Sequence record: PZ445427.1
Reading direction: 5' to 3' (one strand)
Length of the DNA stretch: 64,000 nt
Source of the DNA: a phage
Position numbers and translations under genes: made by a program. This document shows positions 10,406 through 19,380 of the stretch, one piece after another (the first letter of the stretch is position 1; each line of letters begins with the position of its first letter). The notes beneath the pieces are model-generated. The model was not told the DNA's origin and searched no databases. It worked only from the letters and a program-made list of their open reading frames with translations.

Positions 10406-10684
10406 ATGCGAATTTACAACTCAAATTCATTAGGATTTAAACCTTTGAGAAAACGCGCACAATCTCCGCGTCAGATCAGAAAGGCAAATATTGGTGAGCC
10501 AGAAACTAGGCTTCCACCACCTCCGGAGCAGCGTCTAGTTTATCTAGATGAAGAATTAGCCGAAAGGGAACGCAAAGCTCAAGAAGAAATTGAGCGCAAG
10601 AAACTGTGTACTGCTCCTGCATATAACAAGGGTGGTTATCAGTACGTTTCCAGTGAGGAACAAGCTAAGATGATCGGCAGATAA
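10406..10684 (+). CDS. hypothetical protein (92 aa)
   Basis: GAGGAGGG RBS. Confidence 0.55.
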   Translation: MRIYNSNSLGFKPLRKRAQSPRQIRKANIGEPETRLPPPPEQRLVYLDEELAERERKAQEEIERKKLCTAPAYNKGGYQYVSSEEQAKMIGR

Positions 10685-10700
10685 TTTTTAAAAAATTCAT

Positions 10701-10729
10701 TTGCTAAACGCTTCAAAATTTCGTATAAT
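10701..10729 (+). promoter_or_regulatory. T5-type early promoter
   Basis: ttgcta 10701..10706, 17 bp, tataat 10724..10729. Confidence 0.6.
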
Positions 10730-10767
10730 ATATCTCATAAATTGATCAACAAAAAGGAAAACAAATA

Positions 10768-11283
10768 ATGGCTAAGCAGAAAAACGCAAAAACTCAGGCA
10801 GCTCCGGCAGTTAAAACTTTCGCTCAGACCGAAGCCAATCGTAAGGCTCGTCTGGAACGTCATCTGCGTAAGCATCCTACTGATGCTCAGGCTCAGACTG
10901 CCCTGAAGTCTGCGGCTCCGGTTCGCCAGAAGCCGAAGGCCAAGAACTCTACTCGCGCAACTGCTAAGCAGATTGTGTTCATCAAGGATGAAGGTCATAA
11001 GTCTGTACCGGTAACTCTGAGCTTTAACGGCGGTGCTGAGATGTTCGCCCGCAACGGTATGGCTCTGAAAGACTACGAAAAAGCAGTCAATCAGAAGCGT
11101 AAGCCAATGGCTGACGTAATGCGTGAATCCCGTGGACAGTTTGGCTCCGTTAAACCGAATATTTTCGGTGTAGAGTATAGCCGTGACAACGTTCGCGCTC
11201 TGTGCTACGGTATCGGTATTAAGTTTACTGGTGCTTCTGATCGTAAATCCGCTAAACCTACTCGTAAGCGTAAAGCGAAGTAA
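10768..11283 (+). CDS. basic (K/R/A-rich) hypothetical protein, highly expressed codon style
   Basis: 171 aa, AAAGGAAA RBS, strong codon bias (CTG, CGT, GCT); antisense ORF 10735..11307 is spurious. Confidence 0.6.
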   Translation: MAKQKNAKTQAAPAVKTFAQTEANRKARLERHLRKHPTDAQAQTALKSAAPVRQKPKAKNSTRATAKQIVFIKDEGHKSVPVTLSFNGGAEMFARNGMALKDYEKAVNQKRKPMADVMRESRGQFGSVKPNIFGVEYSRDNVRALCYGIGIKFTGASDRKSAKPTRKRKAK

Positions 11284-11344
11284 TGATTGATGGGGCGAAA
11301 GCCCCATATACTAACTCTTTCTCTGACTAATTAAGGATATTTTT

Positions 11345-11560
11345 ATGTTCTCTAAGAAACCACGTTCCGTTACTGAAATCGTTGCTTCCTTTACCACTAT
11401 TACTGATGAACTTCAAGCTCGTATTGAAGCTGACCAGAAAACTGCTGCTGATATTCAGAAACAGCAGGAAGAACTCGCTCTGAAACTGGCTGAAACCAAT
11501 AAGAGTGAAAAATCTGCTCAAACTATTAAGGAAAATATCCTTAAACTGCTGGGCAAGTAA
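11345..11560 (+). CDS. hypothetical coiled-coil protein (71 aa)
   Basis: AAGGA RBS. Confidence 0.5.
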   Translation: MFSKKPRSVTEIVASFTTITDELQARIEADQKTAADIQKQQEELALKLAETNKSEKSAQTIKENILKLLGK

Positions 11561-11601
11561 TTTAAATCAGGGGGCGAAAGCCCCTCTTATTTGGAGAAAC
11601 T

Positions 11602-11814
11602 ATGCGTAACTTCGTTGCAAAGAATGATTTTAACCGTGCTAGCACTCACAAGTCTGCTAGAGACTACACTCGTCTTTCTAAACATGAGCTTCTAGAAGAA
11701 ATCATGGAAGAAAACTGGGATGTTAGTGAAAATGGAACAGACCTGTTTGAAGAAGAGGAACTTCCTCTGAAAGACCCCAAACAGTGGGAGTCTATTAAAG
11801 AGACAGCTCTTTAA
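11602..11814 (+). CDS. hypothetical acidic protein (70 aa)
   Basis: GGAGA RBS. Confidence 0.5.
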   Translation: MRNFVAKNDFNRASTHKSARDYTRLSKHELLEEIMEENWDVSENGTDLFEEEELPLKDPKQWESIKETAL

Positions 11815-11844
11815 TAGTTTTCTACAACAATAAAGGACATAATT

Positions 11845-12546
11845 ATGAAATTCAAGCCCTTTGGTATGCTGGACATTGAATCTCTAGGTACTCCAGGAAA
11901 TTGCGGTACTACTCATATTGCAATGCCTTCTTTCGCTTTTGTAGCGATGCACGGAATTGATAAAGATCCTGATCTGGTATTCGTTACTCTAGACGTTCAA
12001 GATCAGCTTAATGCGGGTGCTAAGGTAACTGCCTCTACTATTGCATTCTGGATGGATCAAGCTAAAAACAGTCCATCTGCGCTCCATATTATGGAGGCTC
12101 TAAATGGTCGTAATCCTAAACTGATTGCCTTCCGTGATGGTAAGCATCACTGCACTAATGACGTAGGCTCTAATTATGCTGCCTTCTCTATGGCTCAGAA
12201 CATTATGGAATTGTCTCTAGGAGATAATGCTCTGTATTACGGCAATGGCCCAGAGTTTGATATGACAATCTACTCTGCAAATACGTTCCATGCCGGAACC
12301 CATGAAGAAATAGTTCCGTGGAAATTCTGGAACTTAGGTAACGTTCGATCTTTCCGTAATCAGTGGATGCAAGCTGGTTATAGCTATAAAGATCTAGAAG
12401 CCGAAGGTGCTAGCTGGGCAAAAGCTAAAATGGAAAAGATGGACACCATTCGTTATGGAATCTATCCTGTGAAGCATGATCCAGCATTCGATGCTTTAGT
12501 TGAAAGTTATTGTGTAGCCGTCATGATCGAAAAAATCAAAATTTGA
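11845..12546 (+). CDS. DEDDh-type 3'-5' exonuclease-like protein
   Basis: Exo I motif LDIES near N-terminus and Exo III motif HDPAFDA near C-terminus. Confidence 0.5.
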   Translation: MKFKPFGMLDIESLGTPGNCGTTHIAMPSFAFVAMHGIDKDPDLVFVTLDVQDQLNAGAKVTASTIAFWMDQAKNSPSALHIMEALNGRNPKLIAFRDGKHHCTNDVGSNYAAFSMAQNIMELSLGDNALYYGNGPEFDMTIYSANTFHAGTHEEIVPWKFWNLGNVRSFRNQWMQAGYSYKDLEAEGASWAKAKMEKMDTIRYGIYPVKHDPAFDALVESYCVAVMIEKIKI

Positions 12547-12547
12547 T

Positions 12548-12576
12548 TTGCTTTCAGCTCCAAAATTCTGTATAAT
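12548..12576 (+). promoter_or_regulatory. T5-type early promoter
   Basis: ttgctt 12548..12553, 17 bp, tataat 12571..12576. Confidence 0.6.
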
Positions 12577-12616
12577 ATATTCATAAATTTGAGAGAACAA
12601 CAAAAGGAAAACAATT

Positions 12617-12799
12617 ATGCCAGTATCTAAAAACGTCCGTAAAAATGGTAAAGTAGCAAAACGTAACCTGGGTCTGCGTCGTATGGCTGAACGTCAGTCC
12701 GGCATCCAGAAAATCTTTAACGTACTGAATCGCGCCAATCCGAATATTGATAACAGTTCTGATACTGTTCTGCGCACTCTGCTCGCAATCGGTCTGTAA
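12617..12799 (+). CDS. small basic protein (60 aa)
   Basis: AAAAGGAAA RBS. Confidence 0.5.
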   Translation: MPVSKNVRKNGKVAKRNLGLRRMAERQSGIQKIFNVLNRANPNIDNSSDTVLRTLLAIGL

Positions 12800-12853
12800 T
12801 AGACCGTTTTTAAAACAAATTCAAATCTCAAACTTCATATAAGGAAGCAAATA

Positions 12854-13492
12854 ATGACTACTCGTATCTCTAAAACTCGTGCTCTGGCAACTATCAAGTC
12901 TCTGGAAGCTAAAATCCGTAAAGCTACTGAACAACAGCTTTTGATTGCTGTTGGTGAAGGTAAAGACAAGAATCAAGTTGTCGTTGGTGCTGCAATCGAA
13001 GTAGATGCTCTGTCTACTCGTATTAAAACTGATTTCCAGTCTCTGCTGGATATGATGACCCAGCGTGATCATCTGAAAGCAGCGCTGATCAAGAGCAATG
13101 CTGAAACTGTTGTAGAGATCGGTTCCCGCTCTATGACTGTTGCGGAAGCAATCGAAGCTAAGCGTTCTATGGAACTCAAAGCTCAGTTGCTGGCTAACAT
13201 GCGTAAGCAGTTCCATGCTGCTACTGTTAAGTTTAACACTCAAAAGGCTCAGTTTGATGCCAAGTATGAGCGTTTGCAGGATACCATGGCTACCCGTGAC
13301 AAGAAGACTTCCGAGGATGAAGTTAAGATGCAGCTTAACCTGCTGGAACTCAAGAACACTCCGTTCCTGATCGATCCGCTGGAGCTGGAAAAGCTGATCA
13401 AGCAACACGACGAAGAGTACCAGGACTTTGCAACCAACGTTGACTTTGTTCTGTCTGAGTCCAACGCCTCTACTTTTATCGAAGTAGAGTAA
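12854..13492 (+). CDS. hypothetical protein (212 aa), highly expressed codon style
   Basis: TAAGGAAG RBS; antisense ORFs 12821..13408 and 13249..13464 are spurious. Confidence 0.6.
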   Translation: MTTRISKTRALATIKSLEAKIRKATEQQLLIAVGEGKDKNQVVVGAAIEVDALSTRIKTDFQSLLDMMTQRDHLKAALIKSNAETVVEIGSRSMTVAEAIEAKRSMELKAQLLANMRKQFHAATVKFNTQKAQFDAKYERLQDTMATRDKKTSEDEVKMQLNLLELKNTPFLIDPLELEKLIKQHDEEYQDFATNVDFVLSESNASTFIEVE

Positions 13493-13501
13493 TAATTTAA
13501 A

Positions 13502-13855
13502 AGACTAGTAAATCGGTAGACGAAAGCCCAAGCATCTTACCTCGCAGCAGCGGTTGAAATACGAGGTTAAATAAGACCGCTGACCATACTATAAAGTATA
13601 ATCTATTGGAGATTATGTTTATTACATCAGACATTTAATCTGACACGTAAAAACAAAAGGTCGTTGGTAGTACCAACACAACTTCAAAGATCAACGCTCA
13701 AGTATGAAAGCTGAAAAGTTAAAAGCACTCAAACTTCTAACCTTCTAAAGCTAAAAGATGCAAAGTATTCGTTGATGATTCAAACCCTAGATCAAAGGTA
13801 CATGGCTCATAAGATATGGCCTGTGGCGCCTCTAGGCTGTTTATCGGTTTACTAG
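13502..13855 (+). other. ORF-free structured region closed by long-range stem (candidate ncRNA or processed 3' UTR)
   Basis: agactagtaaatcgg at 13502.. pairs with ccggtttactagtct at about 13840..13855; no ORF of 60 aa or more and no tRNA motif inside. Confidence 0.3.
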
Positions 13856-13876
13856 TCTCTCAATTTAAAAATGTAT

Positions 13877-13905
13877 TTGCTAATTAGTTTAGTTTTCTAT
13901 ATAAT
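13877..13905 (+). promoter_or_regulatory. T5-type early promoter
   Basis: ttgcta 13877..13882, 17 bp, tataat 13900..13905. Confidence 0.6.
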
Positions 13906-13935
13906 ATATTTTTAAATTGATGAGACGAGGCTATT

Positions 13936-14253
13936 ATGATTTTTCATATTCTGATTGATGATGTGCGTAACCTTCATGGAATGGACATTATCATTCGAAC
14001 CCCCGAAGCCGCTGTTGAGTTTCTGAATAAAACCGATACCACAGGTCATTTCGTTTATATGGATAACGATCTGGCTGTAGATGGTATGGAAGGTTATCAA
14101 ATTCTTCGTTTACTCCTAGAATTTGGTCAGAGACCCAAGAAAGTGGTACTAGTAACCTCGAACCCAGTAGCTAAAGAGACCATGCGTAATGATCTCTTAG
14201 ACGAAGGGTATCAAGAAAGCCCTAATCGTATTGAGTACGATTGGCCGGAGTAA
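13936..14253 (+). CDS. CheY-like receiver-domain protein (orphan)
   Basis: ILIDDV acidic pocket, YMDNDLAVDGMEG around the putative phospho-Asp, VVLVTSNP; 105 aa. Confidence 0.4.
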   Translation: MIFHILIDDVRNLHGMDIIIRTPEAAVEFLNKTDTTGHFVYMDNDLAVDGMEGYQILRLLLEFGQRPKKVVLVTSNPVAKETMRNDLLDEGYQESPNRIEYDWPE

Positions 14254-14258
14254 ATAAA

Positions 14259-14708
14259 ATGAAGGCAGCTTTGCTTTTAATAGCTGCCCTAACCTATAGC
14301 TTCAATAGTCATGCGACCTACGACTCAAAGCAGATTGATTGCATTGCAAAAAATATCTACTTCGAAGCACGAGGTGAGGGCACTAAAGGAATGATCGCAG
14401 TTGCACAGGTTACTAAAAACCGTGTTAACTCTGGTACTTTTCCTGATTCTTACTGTAAAGTAGTATATCAGTCTAACCAGTTCTCTTGGGTGGCCAAGAG
14501 ACCAAAAGTTGATAAAACCGATGAGGCTTGGCAAGTTGCTAAGAATTTAGCTAGAGTGATATACTACGTTGATTTACCACAAGATCCAACACATGGAGCG
14601 TTATACTTCCATAGTGGTAAAGATAAACCGTACTGGACAAAGAAGTTTAAGAAAACAACGAAGATTCAAGGCCATACGTTCTACAAGCCTGTGGTTAAGA
14701 AAACTTAA
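14259..14708 (+). CDS. secreted SleB-like cell-wall hydrolase (Hydrolase_2 family)
   Basis: Start ATG 14259 after GGAG gives signal peptide MKAALLLIAALTYSFNSHA; motifs NIYFEARGE, AVAQVTKNRV, YQSNQFSWV. Confidence 0.6.
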   Translation: MKAALLLIAALTYSFNSHATYDSKQIDCIAKNIYFEARGEGTKGMIAVAQVTKNRVNSGTFPDSYCKVVYQSNQFSWVAKRPKVDKTDEAWQVAKNLARVIYYVDLPQDPTHGALYFHSGKDKPYWTKKFKKTTKIQGHTFYKPVVKKT

Positions 14709-14716
14709 AAATTCGA

Positions 14717-14745
14717 TTGCTTAAAGCCTTAAATTTCTGTATAAT
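14717..14745 (+). promoter_or_regulatory. T5-type early promoter
   Basis: ttgctt 14717..14722, 17 bp, tataat 14740..14745. Confidence 0.6.
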
Positions 14746-14776
14746 ACTTTCATAAATTAATGAGAGGAAGCGAAAT

Positions 14777-14947
14777 ATGAAATCAGTTGTAATTATTGGT
14801 GTTAATACTCGTGGTATCCGTACTACGAAAACAGTTAAAACTACTAACGTTGCTGAAATTACTACAAACCCTAAGAAGTTTGATTTCGCTAAAGTCTCGG
14901 CAGTTATGACAGAACAATCTTTTAACCAAGCACTGGGAATTAAATAA
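14777..14947 (+). CDS. small hypothetical protein (56 aa, below track cutoff)
   Basis: GAGAGGAAG RBS then ATG 14777; stop overlaps next start (TAATG). Confidence 0.45.
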   Translation: MKSVVIIGVNTRGIRTTKTVKTTNVAEITTNPKKFDFAKVSAVMTEQSFNQALGIK

Positions 14948-15390
14948 TGGAAGAGAATATTCTAAATGTTTTGCGTAGGGCTTTGCAGGAATCTAAGGTT
15001 GATGGTTCTGATAAAGAAGTAGCTAAAAGCTACCAGACCATAATCGGAGATCTTCAGCGTGTTGATAAAGACTTCATTACTTCTGAACAGTTTGTATCTT
15101 ATCTAAAAGCTCAACTGAAAAGCATTAATCAGACGAAAGCTAAACTTCACGGTCAAGACCTTGATAATTATAGCTTGCAGTCTGCTCAGTATGAGTATAT
15201 ACTGAACAAATGGCTACAACAGTATCTGCCGCCTCAGTTATCTGATTCTGAGATTCGCAAATACTTTGCAGAATTAGTTAAGTTGAACCCTGGGATTACA
15301 AAAGGTATGCTGATGAAAGCGATTAAGGAAGAGTTTCCTGGTCGTTACGACGGTGGCATTGCTGCTCAGGTTGCTGGCGAATTTAATTAA
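14947..15390 (+). CDS. YqeY/GatB-domain-like protein
   Basis: 147 aa; LNVLRRALQESK ... ELVKLNPGITKGMLMKAIKEEFPGRYDG resembles YqeY family. Confidence 0.45.
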   Translation: MEENILNVLRRALQESKVDGSDKEVAKSYQTIIGDLQRVDKDFITSEQFVSYLKAQLKSINQTKAKLHGQDLDNYSLQSAQYEYILNKWLQQYLPPQLSDSEIRKYFAELVKLNPGITKGMLMKAIKEEFPGRYDGGIAAQVAGEFN

Positions 15391-15398
15391 AAATTGAT

Positions 15399-15427
15399 TT
15401 GCTAAACGCCTCAAAATTCTGTATAAT
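15399..15427 (+). promoter_or_regulatory. T5-type early promoter (very close to classical P_N25 sequence)
   Basis: ttgcta 15399..15404, 17 bp, tataat 15422..15427, then AGATTCATAAATT. Confidence 0.65.
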
Positions 15428-16286
15428 AGATTCATAAATTAGAGAACAGCGAGCCGATTACGCTGAGTGAGTTTAGTGATTCCTACTAGGATAGCTATTC
15501 CACTGAATAGAGTCGGTGAGTTGGAGACTAGTAAGTACTCTGAGAGAGGCTACGAGCTAACGCTTATTGCTATTGATAGGGAACTGAAAATCTGCGGAAA
15601 ACTCGGGAGCTGTCCCGAAATCTCGTAAACTCTTCTCTAGTTTATGTTAGTGGGGTGTCGAACTGACTTATGTGATAACACTGCCGTCCTAGTATAAACG
15701 GTAATATCAAACCGTAACTGGTGGAAGATGCAGGTTCGAATCCTGCGGTCGGAAAGAATCAGATAACTCGGGCTTATACCGGATAAGCATTCGCTGCTGG
15801 AGTACATACTATGACGGTTCAGGAGGTACGCCACCTGATCAGTATTAGGTTAGAATCGAAACAGCTAAACCACGAGGAAACCTGACGGCCTCAACCAAAC
15901 TCGGAACTCGGGATCACTGCCTAGTGTGTGCCCCGTTTAACCTGAGACTAGGCATCCAGCTTCGCATCGAAAATCGGAGGTGCGATTCTAACAGACCGCG
16001 TGAATATGAGAGTGGGAAACGCTGACATGAGAGATGTCACTAATGGTGCCCAATAGTACAGGTAATTCGCGATAATTCCTGTTGAGCGGCAGCAGTAGGC
16101 TGGGAGTCATGACCTAAGCCTAACCGAGTTCTTCACATACGGAGAACATAACCACAAAGTCACCCTGACTTAAACTGGAAGATATTGTCTGACGGAAGGG
16201 CTGCAGAGCTTAATCTGAGGGGGCTGACCCTACCTACCGTCGGGTATCTTTAAGAGCTTTTATAAGAGTTCTTAAAAATACCTAAA

Positions 16287-16361
16287 CGGGGTGTAGTCTA
16301 AGGGATAGGCAGGAGTCTTCTAAATTCCTTTATGCAGGTTCGAATCCTGTCACCTCGGCCA
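16287..16361 (+). tRNA. tRNA-Arg(TCT)
   Basis: Acceptor cggggtg/cacctcg, anticodon loop cttctaa, T-arm gcagg-ttcgaat-cctgt, CCA encoded. Confidence 0.75.
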
Positions 16362-16387
16362 ATTTTATTAACTGCTAGGAAAATAAA

Positions 16388-16588
16388 GTGAAAACACGAT
16401 ATATAGTAAAAGTAGTAGGTGAACATTCACAAGTAAATACCACCGATGTTACAGCGCTAGCATTTGAAGTAGTCTCCGGTATAGTCATATTTCATAACGG
16501 AGATATCAAAGCTCCTGAATTTGCTGTGGATGCTAGCCTGTTTATTTCTGCAACTAAAGTAACTGTAGTAGCTAACTCTTCTAAATAA
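16388..16588 (+). CDS. hypothetical protein (66 aa, GTG start)
   Basis: AGGAAA RBS before GTG. Confidence 0.45.
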   Translation: MKTRYIVKVVGEHSQVNTTDVTALAFEVVSGIVIFHNGDIKAPEFAVDASLFISATKVTVVANSSK

Positions 16589-16599
16589 TAAGGAAATAT

Positions 16600-17544
16600 A
16601 TGTTTACTAAAAACACTAAAGAACTGACTTCCGATCAAAAAGTAATTCGTACTATTAAACGTTGGGGTGTTGGTGCTGTAGTTGGTCTTGGCGCTCTTAT
16701 TCTGGCTCTCAATTCCTACACAGTTGTTCAGGATGGTACTGTTAAGACTCAAACCTTCCTGGGTAAAGTTAGCCCGAACCCTGTACTGCCAGGCTTCCAT
16801 ATTGTTAACCCATTTGCTTCTTTTGATACTTTTAGTACGAAAGATATTTCTATGAAACTGGATAAACTTCAGGTTCCTAGCCAGGATAAGTTTAAGTCTA
16901 CTGTTGACATTACCGTTATGTTGCAGTTTGATGGTGCTAAAGCTCCTATGAACCGTGTTAACGCAGGTACTCAGGATCAGGCTCTGAACAAGTACGTTGA
17001 AGAGAAGATGCTATCTACGATTCGTGAGTTTGGTAAGTCTGTACCAAAAGCACAAGATCTGTTCGACGCTAAGATTCAGGCTCAACTGCAAACTGCTATT
17101 CAGCAAGAAGTAGAGGAGTATGCGCGTCCTTATGGTTACACCGTTAAGCAAGTATTCCTTCAGGATATTACTCTGCCACCGGTAATCATGGAACAGGTAC
17201 AGAACACCAAAGTTCGTGAAGAACAAGTTAACGCTGCAAAAGCTGAACTGGCTCGTGTTGAACAAGAAGCACAACAGAAAGTTAAGCAAGCTGAGGCAGA
17301 TCGTTCTGCTCGTGAAAACATGGCAGTAGCTAACGAACGTGACGCAGATGCTAAACTGTACGCAGCTAAGAAAGAAGCTGAAGCTAACGCCGCTCTGCAA
17401 CGTACCATTACTCCTGAAATGATTCGTTGGAAGCAGCTGGAAGTTGAAATGCTTCGTGCTGAAAAATACCAAGGTGGTGTACCGCAGACTGTTGTTGGTA
17501 CTGGCTATGATGGTCAAATGATCATGGATATGCGTAACAAGTAA
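16600..17544 (+). CDS. SPFH/band-7 (prohibitin/HflK-like) membrane protein
   Basis: N-terminal TM segment then SPFH-like core (VVQDGTVKTQTF, PGFH, DITV) and long coiled-coil tail. Confidence 0.6.
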   Translation: MFTKNTKELTSDQKVIRTIKRWGVGAVVGLGALILALNSYTVVQDGTVKTQTFLGKVSPNPVLPGFHIVNPFASFDTFSTKDISMKLDKLQVPSQDKFKSTVDITVMLQFDGAKAPMNRVNAGTQDQALNKYVEEKMLSTIREFGKSVPKAQDLFDAKIQAQLQTAIQQEVEEYARPYGYTVKQVFLQDITLPPVIMEQVQNTKVREEQVNAAKAELARVEQEAQQKVKQAEADRSARENMAVANERDADAKLYAAKKEAEANAALQRTITPEMIRWKQLEVEMLRAEKYQGGVPQTVVGTGYDGQMIMDMRNK

Positions 17545-17568
17545 TAGTTACACGTAATCTTCGAACCA

Positions 17569-17601
17569 AGCCCGCGTTTCCTCCGAGAGCGCGGGCTTTT
17601 C
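17569..17601 (+). terminator. rho-independent terminator
   Basis: agcccgcg ... cgcgggct hairpin then TTTTCT. Confidence 0.6.
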
Positions 17602-17611
17602 TGTATTTAAG

Positions 17612-17654
17612 ACAAAAGAAAAGCCCCTTACCTTTCGGCAGGGGCTTTGTTTTT
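17612..17654. terminator. bidirectional terminator between convergent transcription units
   Basis: aagcccct ... aggggctt hairpin flanked by A-run upstream and TTTGTTTTT downstream. Confidence 0.6.
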
Positions 17655-17861
17655 GGTTTAGAACCATATACTCTTGTTACAGCAACCACCCATACGGGAG
17701 ACCAATCTTGACTGAAAATCTACTCTAGGGGGCAGGATAAGAGTAGGCTTAAAGGCAAACGGATTGAACACCGGTATTTGCGTAAACATTGCTGGAGAGC
17801 AACAACGTGCTACAGGCATTGGGCAGCATGATGTAGGTTTTCTACAACACATATAAACTCC

Positions 17862-18281
17862 TTAGGATTTCTCCCCATTTTGCGCTTTTGCAACTTGACT
17901 TTGACAGAAACTATTAAACTTACCCATAAGTGAAACAAGTTGCTTCCCATCCTCTGTTTTAGCGAAGTCTTCGAAAAGGGCTAGAACAGCCTGTCCTTCC
18001 GCAGATACCTGCGGTTGTTGGGTTTGTTGAGTCATCTGCTGCTGTGGTTGCATTTGCTGAGGCATCATCTGCTGAGGCACCATTTGTTGCATTTGCATTT
18101 GCGGCTGCATTTGCATCTGGTTGATGTTTCCCTGCGGGTTTTGCAGGGAATTTTGCATTTGCTGTGCTTCTGCCAATCTCTGTTGCAACTGTTGTAAGTA
18201 GGGGTTATCCAGCCCCGGAACGGGCTGCTGGGAGCCCATACTTTGATTAAATCCGTTGTTCACAAAACCATATTTACTCAT
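17862..18281 (-). CDS. Q/M-rich low-complexity protein (139 aa)
   Basis: GGGGAGGAG RBS; central QMQMQPQMQMQQMVPQQMMPQQMQPQQQ tract. Confidence 0.6.
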   Translation of the reverse strand: MSKYGFVNNGFNQSMGSQQPVPGLDNPYLQQLQQRLAEAQQMQNSLQNPQGNINQMQMQPQMQMQQMVPQQMMPQQMQPQQQMTQQTQQPQVSAEGQAVLALFEDFAKTEDGKQLVSLMGKFNSFCQSQVAKAQNGEKS

Positions 18282-18303
18282 GATGGGCTCCTCCCCTTAA
18301 TTA

Positions 18304-19299
18304 TTAAGCCGGCAGTTTAGCCTGCAGACCAGCCAGAGTCTGAGTGATAGCACCAAGACTTACAGCGATTTGGTTGATTACCTGACCGTTAGCACCGCTA
18401 CCCTGAGCGATAGCTTCACGCAGACGGCATTCGTTCAGTTCGTCCTGAATACGCGCAGTAGTTACACCAGCGATTGCAGACTGAAGTTCACAGCAGCATT
18501 CAGCGATCTGACGTTCCAGAGCGTTCTGGTTAGCACAAGCCTGAGCAGCTACAGCAGCGAACTGGTTGTTAGTCTGGATAGACTGAGCAAACATGATCTG
18601 AGCGGTATCGAACTTGTCTTGAGCACGTGCGATCTGGTTAGCAGCGAAAGCTTGATCCATTTGACGAGAAAGATCGAACTGACCCTGAATAACATTACGA
18701 GTTTCCTGACAGATCTGGTTGGACAGGTTAGCACCAGTACCGTAGATCGTAGTCAGAAGCTGTTGAGTACTAGCAGCTTGAGCAGCTCCTACACCATTTA
18801 CTGCACTCAGAACAGCACCAGTACCCTGATTAGCTTCAGTACGAGTAGTGTTGATTGCAGCTAGAATACTTGCAGTATCCTGGTTAGAAAGGATCGCATC
18901 CACAGCAGTTCCCTCAGCGGCAACACCAGCACCGCGGCCAAAACCACCGAAACCACCGAATCCGCCTGTTAATAGAGCACCGATTAGGATAGCTCCGAAT
19001 AGACCCATACCTTCACCACCGAAAGCACCATTAGCAACTGCTGGGTAACCACCCATTAGGCCAGGGAAGCCACTAGTGAATACGTTTACTGGTTCTTGCA
19101 TTTTATGTTTTCCATGTTTATGACAATGTTCATCATCGTCATCTTCTTCATCATTTTCATCGTGTTCACGATGTTCTTTTTCGTAGGCCTTGACCTTCTC
19201 CCACTTTTTCTTGTCTGATTCTTCGTGACGACGCAGTTCTGCTGCTACGCCAGCGACCGTATCAGGACTCTTAGCTACTTCTTCTGTCATTTTTGACAC
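18304..19299 (-). CDS. membrane-anchored Gly/Ala/Gln-rich protein (331 aa)
   Basis: AGGAGGTG RBS; acidic His-rich segment, TM LFGAILIGALLTGGFGGFGGFG, A/Q-rich C-terminal half; antisense track ORFs inside are spurious. Confidence 0.6.
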   Translation of the reverse strand: MSKMTEEVAKSPDTVAGVAAELRRHEESDKKKWEKVKAYEKEHREHDENDEEDDDDEHCHKHGKHKMQEPVNVFTSGFPGLMGGYPAVANGAFGGEGMGLFGAILIGALLTGGFGGFGGFGRGAGVAAEGTAVDAILSNQDTASILAAINTTRTEANQGTGAVLSAVNGVGAAQAASTQQLLTTIYGTGANLSNQICQETRNVIQGQFDLSRQMDQAFAANQIARAQDKFDTAQIMFAQSIQTNNQFAAVAAQACANQNALERQIAECCCELQSAIAGVTTARIQDELNECRLREAIAQGSGANGQVINQIAVSLGAITQTLAGLQAKLPA

Positions 19300-19351
19300 C
19301 TCCTAGTATATAGAAAATGTGTGTCTCTTTGATCACTCATCCATATCATAT

Positions 19352-19380
19352 ACTTTACATTACCCCAGCGAAAATGTCAA
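19352..19380 (-). promoter_or_regulatory. sigma70 promoter (minus strand) TTGACA-17-TAAAGT
   Basis: plus-strand tgtcaa 19375..19380 gives minus -35; -10 TAAAGT 17 bp downstream. Confidence 0.45.

Noticed and set aside
10735-11307. 190-aa minus-strand track ORF
   Set aside because: Entirely antisense to the strongly expressed plus-strand gene 10768..11283, with no RBS or promoter; typical shadow ORF.
12821-13408. 195-aa minus-strand track ORF (and 13249..13464)
   Set aside because: Antisense to 12854..13492, which has strong RBS and codon bias; no independent signals.
15730-15746. A tRNA gene at the T-arm-like hairpin gcagg-ttcgaat-cctgc
   Set aside because: No 7-bp acceptor stem or anticodon arm could be built around it; reported only as tRNA-like within a non-coding region.
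17011-18864. Track ORFs 17011..17517 (-), 17160..17408 (-), 18015..18197 (+), 18370..18864 (+), 18549..18734 (-), 18848..19048 (+)
   Set aside because: Overlap longer, better-supported genes on the opposite strand; low-complexity antisense artefacts.
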